DNA of 64,000 nt from a virus. Shown one piece after another: positions 48,235 through 58,214 of the stretch (positions are counted from its first letter, which is position 1; the number at the start of each line of letters is the position of its first letter). The stretch is from IMG/VR virus record IMGVR_UViG_3300046532_001566, positions 1 through 64,000 of that record, one strand, 5' to 3'. A program made the translations under genes and the position numbers. The notes beneath the pieces were generated by a model. The model ran no database searches. It was not told where the DNA came from and saw nothing but the letters and a program-made list of their open reading frames with translations.

Positions 48235-49844
48235 TTTATATTCTCCGGATTAATTTCAGCTTTAAATTCTTCTTGTTCTTTAGGAGAAAGTTTATTAAAC
48301 TCGTCCCATAAGTTGCTTGTTGCCTGTCTAGTTGCTGGAGGTAATGAAGCAAGATCTAGTTCGTATTGTCCGTCTTTCATCTGCGGAGTTTTACGAAGTT
48401 TAAGTTCCTTTGCATCTTTTTCACCTGGATTAGCCTCGTCAGGTTCTGGAATAGCTAAGTCTTTGAACGCAGATGCAATAACATCTGGCTGTACTTTATT
48501 CTTTGCTAATAAGCGAGCTATTACTTCACTATCTGTTGGACTACCAGCAGTTTTCCATGCTTTTTTAAGGATGTCTGCTGTAACAACATTCATTGTATTA
48601 CCAACAACAGTCTTTGTTTTATCTACAACTGGTTTAGCGGCCTGTTTTACTTTGTCAATTGCCTTCTTTTTAATATTATCCCATACAGGGCCTTCACCTA
48701 AGAATTCAATATTTGGATTTGAGTTATAATATTCTACTGTATCAAATAATCTTCCAATTTTTCTTTCTGTTAATGCAATTCCATTATTAGTATACGATTG
48801 AAATAGCTCTTGTTGATCTTCACCTCTATCATCACTAACACTCTTACCAGCAACTGCTCCTCCTGCTGTTGCGGCTAATGCTGTTTGAATTGCTGTAATA
48901 GCTTGGTATGTTGCATCATTCTGCAATGCAATATCTTTGGCCGCATTAGTGAACTTTGCCATCTCAGTGGCATATTCTGCAGTGTTAACACTCTTAGCTA
49001 ATTCTGCAAGTGAATCAAACGCAAATGGATCTCCCTTTGCAATGTCTGCTACTAACTGCATTGCTAAATCTGCATCTTTTGGAAGTACTGTTAAGTTTTC
49101 AAAATTCATCGACCTTGTCCATTCAAATCCAGGTGACTGAATTGACTTTGACGCTTCAAAGCTAATTCTATCTAACCCTTCAAAAGGTACAATCTCTGCT
49201 TGCATGCCTGAAAGCCAATCCCCAACTACATTTACTAAGCCTGCCGCTAGTCCGGAAATAACACCTGTCTTTAAACCTTTGCCAATTGCAGTAGATAGCT
49301 TCTCCCCTTTTAAAACTTCAACTGAACCTTTTAACAGTGCCGCCGCAACACCAATACCAATAACACTTCCACCTGTGCCAACTCCGACAAGTGCCGTCAT
49401 TACACCAACAGCAAATGCAGTTTTACCTGGATTCATTTTAGCATATTTGCCTAGGCTTTCAATACCTGAAGTAATTCTACTATCTTCACCAAGTTTGGCT
49501 TTAATATCTGTTTTTAGTTTCTCGAATTTAGCATCAAAATTTTGTACCGGTTCTGTATCTTGAATTAGTTTGCCAATTTTAGTTAAATATTCATTAGCAA
49601 CTTTTACGGTATCTACTACTGCATCTTTTGTTTTACCTACTCCAGATCTATTATTTCCTGTTTCATCTGATAGCTTTTGTACTAACGGAAATAAATTGTT
49701 AAGTTGGTCCTGCCTTAGATCGACTTCAAGTAAATCGTCCCAGGCTGTTACTACCCCTTCAACAACTACACGTTGTTCTTTAGTTAGATCAAAACACACA
49801 CTTTCTAACAATGCTGTTCGTTTATTTAAATTTGTTATTTTCAT
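48231..49844 (-). CDS. Putative internal virion/ejection protein
   Basis: MKITN..LLE leader, Gly-rich hydrophobic hairpin, AW..AGSPTDS. Confidence 0.6.
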   Translation of the reverse strand: MKITNLNKRTALLESVCFDLTKEQRVVVEGVVTAWDDLLEVDLRQDQLNNLFPLVQKLSDETGNNRSGVGKTKDAVVDTVKVANEYLTKIGKLIQDTEPVQNFDAKFEKLKTDIKAKLGEDSRITSGIESLGKYAKMNPGKTAFAVGVMTALVGVGTGGSVIGIGVAAALLKGSVEVLKGEKLSTAIGKGLKTGVISGLAAGLVNVVGDWLSGMQAEIVPFEGLDRISFEASKSIQSPGFEWTRSMNFENLTVLPKDADLAMQLVADIAKGDPFAFDSLAELAKSVNTAEYATEMAKFTNAAKDIALQNDATYQAITAIQTALAATAGGAVAGKSVSDDRGEDQQELFQSYTNNGIALTERKIGRLFDTVEYYNSNPNIEFLGEGPVWDNIKKKAIDKVKQAAKPVVDKTKTVVGNTMNVVTADILKKAWKTAGSPTDSEVIARLLAKNKVQPDVIASAFKDLAIPEPDEANPGEKDAKELKLRKTPQMKDGQYELDLASLPPATRQATSNLWDEFNKLSPKEQEEFKAEINPENIK

Positions 49845-51109
49845 TTGTTAAACAGTGCCTTTACTAGTGCCGTTTGCCCATCCGGATCTAAGGAATCGTA
49901 ACCTTGTTTTACTTTCATCCAATTAGGATCTGTTGCTTTAAGCAACGAATCTTGTGTTCCTCCACCTGCGTCTGAATCTGGTTTGGTTGCAGTTTGATTA
50001 GGTGTTGGTTTAGTAGCTCCTTTTGGTATATTAAGAGATTTAATATAACCTATAGATTTTTTAATCCAATCAAGCAATACTTTTGTCATTGAATATTCTA
50101 CATCATCAGCTTCATTTTGAGTCTTTTCAATGAGTGCTAACTTTAACCATTGCTTTGTAATTTCATCAAAATCATTTTTAAATTTTTCCATTGCAGTTGT
50201 AACATCTGGATTTTTTTGAATCTCTACAGCATCCTGTGCATCAAGGTGGCTAAAGAACGAAGTATTCCAGTCATTTGCATCAAATATTGGATCTGGAGAA
50301 TTAACTGCGGCTGTTAGTGTAGCAAGATCTGCATTTAAATATTTTGCTTTAATTTTAATTCCATAATCAACAATAAACATTTCTTGTTTTGCTGGATACT
50401 CGTTATTTGCTCTTATATCTGCTAGGAACTTATTTCCAGGCGTGTATAATTCTCCAGCAAGATTAGTTGATAATGTTTCAAAAGTTTTTAATTCTGCAAC
50501 ATATTCTGGATTTTTTACAATATCGTTATTAGCACGGTTTTCATCATCACTAGGTTCAGTTCCTGCCTGTGTAGGTTTTGCATCTGGGATTTCTATCTGC
50601 ATATGTAAAAATGTAACCGATGCAATTAATGCAATAGTCCTAATACATTCTGCAACTCCAAATCCATCTGGTGCAGTAGCATTTCCGCCTTGCAACATTA
50701 ACTGAATAATTTGATCAGCTCCAACTGCACCTCTATCTGCTACATTTACGTTTTTAATAATTTCTCGTTTATTATCCTTAAGATACAATAGTAATGTCTT
50801 ACCAACAACTGCACCATTGGTAGCTTTTTGTATTGAATTAAAAACTATTTTTGTAAGTCCTGCTAATGGCAGATCTTTTCCTTGTGCATCAACTAATCCT
50901 GGATTAGAAGTATTAAATGCTTTAACTGACGCTCCATCAATCATGTTTGTAAGTTTAGCAAATTCATTGGCACCTTGCCCTTTAACAGCAAGTCCTACTC
51001 CATTAACAACATCTTTTGTCTTATTCTTAATACGGCTTGCTAAATCGCCAAATACGTTCTCATTAACTAATAATGATACGTTTCCTTTATGTAAGTCTGT
51101 AATTTTCAT
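49841..51109 (-). CDS. Putative internal virion protein
   Basis: MKITD...VNE leader. Confidence 0.6.
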   Translation of the reverse strand: MKITDLHKGNVSLLVNENVFGDLASRIKNKTKDVVNGVGLAVKGQGANEFAKLTNMIDGASVKAFNTSNPGLVDAQGKDLPLAGLTKIVFNSIQKATNGAVVGKTLLLYLKDNKREIIKNVNVADRGAVGADQIIQLMLQGGNATAPDGFGVAECIRTIALIASVTFLHMQIEIPDAKPTQAGTEPSDDENRANNDIVKNPEYVAELKTFETLSTNLAGELYTPGNKFLADIRANNEYPAKQEMFIVDYGIKIKAKYLNADLATLTAAVNSPDPIFDANDWNTSFFSHLDAQDAVEIQKNPDVTTAMEKFKNDFDEITKQWLKLALIEKTQNEADDVEYSMTKVLLDWIKKSIGYIKSLNIPKGATKPTPNQTATKPDSDAGGGTQDSLLKATDPNWMKVKQGYDSLDPDGQTALVKALFNK

Positions 51110-51113
51110 AATG

Positions 51114-51368
51114 TTATTTATTTTCGTTTTCTTTAATCATTCTTACACCTCGGGTGAATTTATTTGGATCATTGTTTTTTACTGCTAATTGTAATCTTCG
51201 AGTTAAATCCTGTGCTTGTTCTTTTGGATACGAAGTTTCAATTATATGCAATAAGTTAGTTATCCTTGCTAATGCTTGTACTGCAAGACCTTCAACCATC
51301 AGATGTTTATCCTTCTTAGGAACAATGGTAGTAATTTCTTCTAATATTGATCTAGTTTTTATTTGCAT
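51114..51368 (-). CDS. Hypothetical protein
   Basis: Start MQIKTRSILEE after TAAATA. Confidence 0.65.
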   Translation of the reverse strand: MQIKTRSILEEITTIVPKKDKHLMVEGLAVQALARITNLLHIIETSYPKEQAQDLTRRLQLAVKNNDPNKFTRGVRMIKENENK

Positions 51369-51415
51369 TGTAACTCTATTTATGGTAAATACATCTGTAG
51401 GAGACATTTAATAAC

Positions 51416-51901
51416 ATGACATCAGCAACAGAAATACGTGAATTTATGGACCGATTAGCTATTATTACTGAATCTAATCCGGAGGATTCTGCTAGTAATG
51501 ATCCGCCAGCAGATGCGGTTGATAGTGAAACTGGAAAAAAAGCACATGACATTACAACAACTGAACTTAATCGCTTAAAAGTTACGTTAAGACCATTAGT
51601 AAGTGACGAATTGCAATCTAGATTTGTACAAGCATTAAATAAGATGCGAAGTAATGCTCCTATGTCTACTAGTGAAATGAAACTAATTACAGTAGCCTTT
51701 GTTGCTATGGCAGATGTTATTGCAGATGATGCGGCGTTAACTATTAGGATTAGAAACACCATTCAATCATACAACCTTTCAGCTACAGGTAATACTACTG
51801 ACGATAGTCCAAATCTAGAGTTTGACGATGGTGAGATTGAGGTTAAAGATGACGGTCCTGATGAAGAACAACTAGATCGCACCAGAGCTGAAAAAGAATA
51901 A
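51416..51901 (+). CDS. Acidic hypothetical (putative virion) protein
   Basis: TAAATA + SD AGGAG; IITE site near N-terminus. Confidence 0.65.
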   Translation: MTSATEIREFMDRLAIITESNPEDSASNDPPADAVDSETGKKAHDITTTELNRLKVTLRPLVSDELQSRFVQALNKMRSNAPMSTSEMKLITVAFVAMADVIADDAALTIRIRNTIQSYNLSATGNTTDDSPNLEFDDGEIEVKDDGPDEEQLDRTRAEKE

Positions 51902-53296
51902 TTAAACATCTCTAGTTAATCCTAATCCTCTTAATTTATCCCTATTAACAGATGAACTTGTAGATTGTGGTGTATCAGTTGGTACTACTATTGTACTAGT
52001 TGTCTTATGTAACTTGTTGAATACCGTTGTTGCTGATCCTGCAATAGGTTCTGCGTCATCAGCTAAGTCTGAAATTAACAATGTTACTGGATTAAAATCC
52101 ATTTCAAGTTTCTGCCCAACTGCACTACTACTCCTTGTTTTCATAAATTGTAATTGTACTCTGTTACGTTCTCGCATACTTGGTGTACTGTAGATACCAA
52201 ATACATTATCTGCTGTCTGGATTTTACTTAGGCCACCAGCAATCATGGAATGATCAAACTCAACACTTTCTACTGCACTTCTGTTTAACTGTGAAGCAGT
52301 AGCAAATAGCAAATTCTCGGTAACTGCTAGATTCCTTAATTCTTCACTAACAATCTTATCTTTAATATACAAATCAGCAACACTAATTTTCTGTGTAGCC
52401 GGCATCATAAGATCTAGGTAATCTACAAGTATTGCATCTACATGTATTTTACGTTGTGTCTGAAATTCTCTAATCCATGCTAACAAATCATTTGCAGTAA
52501 CACTGTTTGGTAGTTGTACAATCTGCAAGCCTCCAGATTTTTTACCAATCATACGCACTTTTAAATCAATATCATCAATTTGTTTATATACGTCTCTAGT
52601 TGCAGTTCCAGTAAGCATTGCATCCATTCTCATAGAACACAACCCTTCACTAAGCTCTAAACTAAAGTAAACAGTATTAAGTCCTGCTTTAGCCCAATTA
52701 AGTCCTAAATTTTGCAAGAACAAACTCTTACCTGCACCAGATGCTCCAGCAAAGATATTAAGTTCACCTTTATTAAATCCACCATACAGTTTATCATCAA
52801 CTGTTTTCCAACCAGTTGTTAACTGTCCGTTTGCATCTTTTAATCCATCAAGTCTTGCTTTAGGATTCTCAAAGTAATTAGTTCCAAACGTTTTAGGAAG
52901 TCCTACTTGTACAGCCGCTTTAATTAATGATTCAACTTCTCCGTAATTACTTTTTTCTAGTAAATCAGCACTAGTTAAGATTGCTCCTTCTAATGCTTTA
53001 TGTCTAGAAAATCCTTCAAACTCTGATAAAAACCATTCTTTATGTTCTTCTGCTTTACCGCCAATTTCCTCAATCTCAATAGAAGTAACTGCTGATAATT
53101 GCTTTGCATCAGGTACGTTACTATGTTCAGTAATATAGTCTTTAATAAACTGAGCCGCTGGGCGGAGTCTGCGATCAAAATAATCAGCATTTAATACATT
53201 ATTACATCTTGCCGCTAAATCATTATTACTAATTAAGAACTCTAAAAAGAGTTTCTGTAAATCATAACTATATTCTTTTACTTCAGTATCTGCCAT
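51902..53296 (-). CDS. Replicative DnaB/gp41-like helicase
   Basis: GASGAGKS, SLELSE, VDYLDLM, TASQLNR, KTRSS. Confidence 0.93.
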   Translation of the reverse strand: MADTEVKEYSYDLQKLFLEFLISNNDLAARCNNVLNADYFDRRLRPAAQFIKDYITEHSNVPDAKQLSAVTSIEIEEIGGKAEEHKEWFLSEFEGFSRHKALEGAILTSADLLEKSNYGEVESLIKAAVQVGLPKTFGTNYFENPKARLDGLKDANGQLTTGWKTVDDKLYGGFNKGELNIFAGASGAGKSLFLQNLGLNWAKAGLNTVYFSLELSEGLCSMRMDAMLTGTATRDVYKQIDDIDLKVRMIGKKSGGLQIVQLPNSVTANDLLAWIREFQTQRKIHVDAILVDYLDLMMPATQKISVADLYIKDKIVSEELRNLAVTENLLFATASQLNRSAVESVEFDHSMIAGGLSKIQTADNVFGIYSTPSMRERNRVQLQFMKTRSSSAVGQKLEMDFNPVTLLISDLADDAEPIAGSATTVFNKLHKTTSTIVVPTDTPQSTSSSVNRDKLRGLGLTRDV

Positions 53297-53553
53297 TACT
53301 TATTGTCTCCCCATCGTAATTTTGCAAGCATTGCATCTTCGGGATTACGGAATCTAAAGATCATGTCGTCTAAGGATGATTGATATGCCCAACGTTTTAT
53401 TGGCTTAGCTTGCCAATTACTTACTTTGTATGAAGGTAACCCAAATTCTGTAGTCATCCATAAAATAACTTCTTCCCAAAATGCATTGGTATCTTGTCCT
53501 GGTTTCCAATCTAACTTAAAACTATAATACGGTTTTACCTTATAACTAAACAC
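53296..53553 (-). CDS. Hypothetical protein
   Basis: FRFRNPEDAMLAKLRW C-terminus; coupled to helicase. Confidence 0.6.
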   Translation of the reverse strand: MFSYKVKPYYSFKLDWKPGQDTNAFWEEVILWMTTEFGLPSYKVSNWQAKPIKRWAYQSSLDDMIFRFRNPEDAMLAKLRWGDNK

Positions 53554-54502
53554 ACCATCTCCTCATTAATAATTTAACCTTCAAAGGCGAGTGTTCAATC
53601 GCCATTAATATACTTTGCAATGTTGCAACCCTCCCAAACTTTAAAATTGCATCATTAGCATCCTTTACACCCGAAGGCCATTCTGGAAAACTAACATTCC
53701 ATCCTAAATTTATTGCATCTTCTATTAACACTTTACCAGCAACATCTCTATCTGCTAAAATAACCGGTTCTGTATCCAAGTCTTCAATCATCTGTGCTTG
53801 TGGAAGACTAATCCTATTACTTAAGATAGCAACGCCGCCTATTGCTAGTGCATCGTATTCTCCTTCACAAACTATTGTATACTTACGTTTTGTTAATTGT
53901 TTATCTAAATTATAAACAAATTCGTTTGGAGATGTTCGTAGCATTTTAGCAGTACCTGATGGCGGATCATTAATCCATCGTCCCATATAACCTACAATAT
54001 TACTATTATCAGTATAAGGTAATATAATACGTTGCTTCATGCCTATTGCATTAGTTTGTTTCCAGTCTGCTAAGTTGTATAATCCTCTATTAGTAAGATA
54101 CTCGATAGCCTCATCTCGTAAATCAGTTAATTCCCAAGGATATGTATATTCAGGCCATTCTTTATTAAATATTACTTTCTCTGGTTCAACTTCCTCAATA
54201 ACTTGATCCCATAGTAATATTTTAAGACGCTGGATCTCTGCCTCATCAATGCCTAGTATTCGCATTAACTTTATTAATTTAAATCCTAATTTACTTCCGG
54301 GGCGCCATCCAGTTGTAAAGCCACAATTAAAACAATGATATGCTGTTTTATCATTATCAAATCTAATGCCACCTCGATGTTTAGTGTCAGGGCGACTTTC
54401 TCCATTATGTACACATACTGGACAGTTCATAGTAGACCAACCGCTACTATTATTCTTTAGTACAGGTAAGTTATTACGGAGTGTGGATTCAACAACATTC
54501 AT
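53546..54502 (-). CDS. DNA primase (DnaG/gp61-like)
   Basis: Zn finger CPVC...HCFNC, TOPRIM CEGEYDA...DRD, KDANDA. Confidence 0.9.
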   Translation of the reverse strand: MNVVESTLRNNLPVLKNNSSGWSTMNCPVCVHNGESRPDTKHRGGIRFDNDKTAYHCFNCGFTTGWRPGSKLGFKLIKLMRILGIDEAEIQRLKILLWDQVIEEVEPEKVIFNKEWPEYTYPWELTDLRDEAIEYLTNRGLYNLADWKQTNAIGMKQRIILPYTDNSNIVGYMGRWINDPPSGTAKMLRTSPNEFVYNLDKQLTKRKYTIVCEGEYDALAIGGVAILSNRISLPQAQMIEDLDTEPVILADRDVAGKVLIEDAINLGWNVSFPEWPSGVKDANDAILKFGRVATLQSILMAIEHSPLKVKLLMRRWCV

Positions 54503-54508
54503 AGTGTT

Positions 54509-54537
54509 ATTATACTACAATAAACGTATGAAGTCAA
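54509..54537 (-). promoter_or_regulatory. Sigma70-like promoter, leaderless start
   Basis: TTGACT-N17-TATAAT, 6 nt, ATG. Confidence 0.78.
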
Positions 54538-54584
54538 TAAGAAATTATGCCATAATGTTAATAAATTAGACCGTTTTTTATATA

Positions 54585-55397
54585 TTATACTCTTATTAAA
54601 ATTTTATCTAATGTGCCTGCGTTGGTAACATCAGTTGTAATTACAGTACGGAGCCATCTTACTCCTCCATAGTAATTGAATGGATCAATACCTGTGTATC
54701 CTGCATATGTAATTAGTGCTGAAGTAGCGTCCTGGGGAACCAAATCCGCCCACATAGTATTTCCAGTAATATTTTCATCTAGTGTTCCTTGTACTTTAAC
54801 AGTACCACTAAAATTACTTGCATAAACGGCAGTAGAAAATAAACTTGTATCTTTTCTATAATAACTTGGACCTTCTGTCGATGAACTAGCAAATTCGTCT
54901 GTAACAGATTGTGTTAAATCTACTGGCCATTCTGTAATCTCAAAGGTAGAACGGGAGAATGGAATTATAGCCTCGCAAATTTCAATATCCCAACCGGCTT
55001 TATATGCACGATCCCAGGTTAATGCTGTTTCAAGGCCTCTACCATCTACTACTGTGGCACTTAAAGTATAAATCCCAGGTGGTGAGGTCATTAGATCCCT
55101 TGCAAAAATTGTTAACCTTGCTTCACCATTTTCTGCGGTAGTAGGTATAGCACGCCTTTTAAAGATAGTTGTGCCTGTGTAACTATCCCATAAAGTAAAC
55201 ATTATCTCTTTATGCAATAGACTAAACGGACGTCTATCATCACCAGATACTGTAAGATCTAGTAAATTATCTACGCCTTGGTACCAACGTATCTTACGAT
55301 CTGTGTATCCTGCATGATGCCGTGTTAATGAGGAGCCTGTACCGGCGCCTGCATAGTTTAAATTAGCTTTCGCTACTGATGAATTGAGTGTTCCCAT
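54585..55397 (-). CDS. Putative structural beta-sandwich protein
   Basis: TAAATA 5 nt upstream; YQGVDN, F.G.V.VQGTL, LDKILIR. Confidence 0.55.
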   Translation of the reverse strand: MGTLNSSVAKANLNYAGAGTGSSLTRHHAGYTDRKIRWYQGVDNLLDLTVSGDDRRPFSLLHKEIMFTLWDSYTGTTIFKRRAIPTTAENGEARLTIFARDLMTSPPGIYTLSATVVDGRGLETALTWDRAYKAGWDIEICEAIIPFSRSTFEITEWPVDLTQSVTDEFASSSTEGPSYYRKDTSLFSTAVYASNFSGTVKVQGTLDENITGNTMWADLVPQDATSALITYAGYTGIDPFNYYGGVRWLRTVITTDVTNAGTLDKILIRV

Positions 55398-55460
55398 AAC
55401 TTTATTTATCAGTTATGACAAACAGACCACCGGTCCACTGACTAAATAGAATTACAAAAT

Positions 55461-55835
55461 ATGGACATTAAAATACAACAATTTTTAGAAGAATTCCCTT
55501 TTATGAGCCTTGTCAGATATGCTGATAAGGAAATCGTAGGAATAGTACAAAACAGTGATAATACCGTTGTCACTATGTACAAATATGATTTATTAAAAAC
55601 TCCTGGAGAGAAATTGGCTTTTATAGAAGCAGGTGAAGAATGGTGGTGGGGAAGTAATCGTTTACTACCAATTAACATTGTTTTAAAGGCTACTATGAAG
55701 ACTTTCGGATATGCCCTACAAACATATGCTACAAAAGATTTTGAGATGCTTGCTGGTCACTTAACTAGCCTTGAAAACGTAATTGTTAAAAGGACTAAAA
55801 GGCGTCAAATCAGTCTTGTTAAGAAGATGGAATAA
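55461..55835 (+). CDS. Phage hypothetical protein
   Basis: FPFMS, GEEWWW.SNR.LPINI; TAAATA upstream. Confidence 0.7.
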   Translation: MDIKIQQFLEEFPFMSLVRYADKEIVGIVQNSDNTVVTMYKYDLLKTPGEKLAFIEAGEEWWWGSNRLLPINIVLKATMKTFGYALQTYATKDFEMLAGHLTSLENVIVKRTKRRQISLVKKME

Positions 55836-56400
55836 GCTCTTCGCACAATAAATTCATTTGTGCTACAATCATAATTGCATATGCCGTTGCATGGGATTTC
55901 TTAAAGAAATATTCATCGGTTGTAGGTTTTACCCACACTTCCTTCATAATCTGAGTCCACTCTTTATTAACTAGGTACCTTTTTGCAGGTCTAATCATTC
56001 CTAGTACTGCCGCAAGTTGTTCAATGTTAGATGGTTTAGTTTTACGGAGTATCTCTCCGTGTCCGTTAACATGTAATAACTTGCTAGAAAATTCATCATG
56101 AGTTAACAGATCCCATATTGGTTCCTTAGCAATTAACCTATCTAATTGCTCTTTGTTTTTGATCTTAGAATAAAAACTAACGTTTAATAAATCTAATTTA
56201 AAAAATCCAAGTTCCTCTGCTTCTTTATGATCTAAACTGCACCATCCAGTGTACGGATTAATAGGTACTGGGTGAAAATAAACTCCTGTCTTATGTTTAG
56301 TAGCGCCATGCCCAGTTGTAATCATTGCTGGTACTCCGTTAAGTACATGCAATAACTCTTCCCTATTTCCAAAGTCAATATCTACATCAGGTCTACTCAT
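55819..56400 (-). CDS. Minimal DNA polymerase III alpha (DnaE)-like catalytic core
   Basis: PDVDIDF, KHKTGVY, GFFKLDLL, LAAVLGMIRP, YFFKKSHATAYA. Confidence 0.82.
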   Translation of the reverse strand: MSRPDVDIDFGNREELLHVLNGVPAMITTGHGATKHKTGVYFHPVPINPYTGWCSLDHKEAEELGFFKLDLLNVSFYSKIKNKEQLDRLIAKEPIWDLLTHDEFSSKLLHVNGHGEILRKTKPSNIEQLAAVLGMIRPAKRYLVNKEWTQIMKEVWVKPTTDEYFFKKSHATAYAIMIVAQMNLLCEELIPSS

Positions 56401-56606
56401 CGTAGACCTTGTTTAACAATATTAATCAATTCTTCTTGTTTACTTTTCATGTCTTGAATCTCTTTATAAAGTTGGATTAACTTTTCATCAAATAATATAA
56501 TACGTTTTTCTAATGTTTCAAGGTTTGCTACATGGGTCTGAAGCTTAGTATCTTGTTGCACCAACTCACTTCGGTTGGGCTTTTTGCTATTTTTCTTGTC
56601 CACCAT
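56397..56606 (-). CDS. Small coiled-coil protein
   Basis: ATGA coupling to DnaE-like gene; overlaps upstream gene. Confidence 0.45.
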   Translation of the reverse strand: MVDKKNSKKPNRSELVQQDTKLQTHVANLETLEKRIILFDEKLIQLYKEIQDMKSKQEELINIVKQGLR

Positions 56607-57217
56607 TCTGTGTCTATGCTCCTTGCTATAACATCTAATTGCCCTGGTTCCATTCTATCAAGTAAGGCTTGCGCCACATCTGATGAATAAAGTATCCAAG
56701 GACTTATTCTTCCCATGACTATCGAATTCATGGCTGTTGCTGTTGGTACTTCTTGAAAATAGTTCTCCCAAAATCTATCAGTGTCTTCTTCGCTCCATGC
56801 TTTCATTAATAACACTATGCGTTCTACTGCACGTTCTATTGTTTCAGTTTTACTGCTTTCCTGAATATAAAGAGAATATGTTCCTTTCTTTGTCCAGTTA
56901 CTTAGTTTAACACTATGTTTAAATAGCCATTTAATAAACTTTTGTGTTTCTGTCGGTCTGAGCTCAATTATATAATTAGAAAATTTAATAAATCCAATAT
57001 AGTCAAGACTACGAATAAAATCCTCAGTAGTTCTTTCTTTTTTAGTCTGAGGACTCACATACTTCATAAAATCATACCATACTTGAAATGCAATCCTAGA
57101 AGCTGGTTCATCTATACACATCCATCTGCGTTTCTTTTCACACATATGGCTAGATAAAGTGCGTTCTCTTGCAAACTTTTTCAAGCAATACTTACATTGG
57201 TAAGATTCTACTACCAT
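56528..57217 (-). CDS. Zinc-finger hypothetical protein
   Basis: CKYC...SHMC; GRISPW. Confidence 0.65.
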   Translation of the reverse strand: MVVESYQCKYCLKKFARERTLSSHMCEKKRRWMCIDEPASRIAFQVWYDFMKYVSPQTKKERTTEDFIRSLDYIGFIKFSNYIIELRPTETQKFIKWLFKHSVKLSNWTKKGTYSLYIQESSKTETIERAVERIVLLMKAWSEEDTDRFWENYFQEVPTATAMNSIVMGRISPWILYSSDVAQALLDRMEPGQLDVIARSIDTEWWTRKIAKSPTEVSWCNKILSFRPM

Positions 57218-57702
57218 TATTTAAACAAATCCTTCAATTTTTTATCTGGTGTGTTTTTAACCGTTGCAATGTCCTTAAGAACGTCTGATCCGTTGATTTC
57301 TCTGAATAATTCTATCTCTTCTTCATTACAATTAGGTAATAGCTCAATTAACCATTCTCTAAGTTTATCTTTCTTTGCACCTTTAGGAGGGACAAATTCA
57401 TGCCTCATTTTCTTGCCTAAACCAACTAATGCTAAAACTCTATAACGTAATTCCTCATGGGCACTAGTAGTAGCAATATAATCAACATTACTTAGATCAT
57501 TAACCATTAACAAATAATGTTCTTGTATCTCTGCTTGACCTTGTACTTGGCTTGCCCACCGTTGTGCCATATAAGTGCTAACCGACTTCTTACTCTCGTC
57601 ATCTAACTTAGTGTAATAGTCTCCGTTGCGGTAATCAATAGCATTCATAACTTCATGAATATTAACTTTGTGTACTGCGGTAGCTTTTTTCTTTGCAGGC
57701 AT
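57217..57702 (-). CDS. Clamp-loader small-subunit (gp62)-like protein
   Basis: MNAID......Y...YM..RW.S...L..VN helical pattern; replication context. Confidence 0.5.
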   Translation of the reverse strand: MPAKKKATAVHKVNIHEVMNAIDYRNGDYYTKLDDESKKSVSTYMAQRWASQVQGQAEIQEHYLLMVNDLSNVDYIATTSAHEELRYRVLALVGLGKKMRHEFVPPKGAKKDKLREWLIELLPNCNEEEIELFREINGSDVLKDIATVKNTPDKKLKDLFK

Positions 57703-57707
57703 ATTAT

Positions 57708-58214
57708 TTAAAACCAAATTTTATTAAGATCAAGTACCTCAGGAACCTTTGATGATTCTTTAAGGAAGAAACTACAAGGTGCACTCTCACCTGCCGTAAG
57801 AGGAACTGTTAATATATGCCCAAACTTTAATTTAGGAACATACCATTTTACTTCCTGATACACATTTACAATTTCTACCGGAACCCAGTTAGCCTTATAT
57901 CCGTTTACAGGATTAAATTCAAATGCACTAAATCCTCTGTCATTTAAACTCATAATGCTTACTACTTCTGGTTCACCGTGATCTGCTTCGCCAATTACTA
58001 AGCTCCAATCCAAGGGCATTTTAATTTCATGTTCGCCTATACGCAATACTGCGGCAGGGCAAGAGAAACTTTCTAAAAATACAAGTGGAATAAAAAGATA
58101 ATCTACGTCTTGAGGGGTGCTATAGTCTAACACACTATATCGTAAATCATTATCTACCTCTGTGGGCAACCTGTCTAAATCATATGAGTTATTGTCTACT
58201 GTTAAAATGTTCAT
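57708..58214 (-). CDS. Hypothetical protein
   Basis: TAATG-coupled to helicase; PLVFLESF, MPLDWS, WYVPKLK. Confidence 0.65.
   Translation of the reverse strand: MNILTVDNNSYDLDRLPTEVDNDLRYSVLDYSTPQDVDYLFIPLVFLESFSCPAAVLRIGEHEIKMPLDWSLVIGEADHGEPEVVSIMSLNDRGFSAFEFNPVNGYKANWVPVEIVNVYQEVKWYVPKLKFGHILTVPLTAGESAPCSFFLKESSKVPEVLDLNKIWF

Noticed and set aside
33077-51762. Long plus-strand ORFs (33077, 47192, 48313, 49204, 50817, 51376(-))
   Set aside because: Antisense shadows of well-supported genes, with no motifs or RBS
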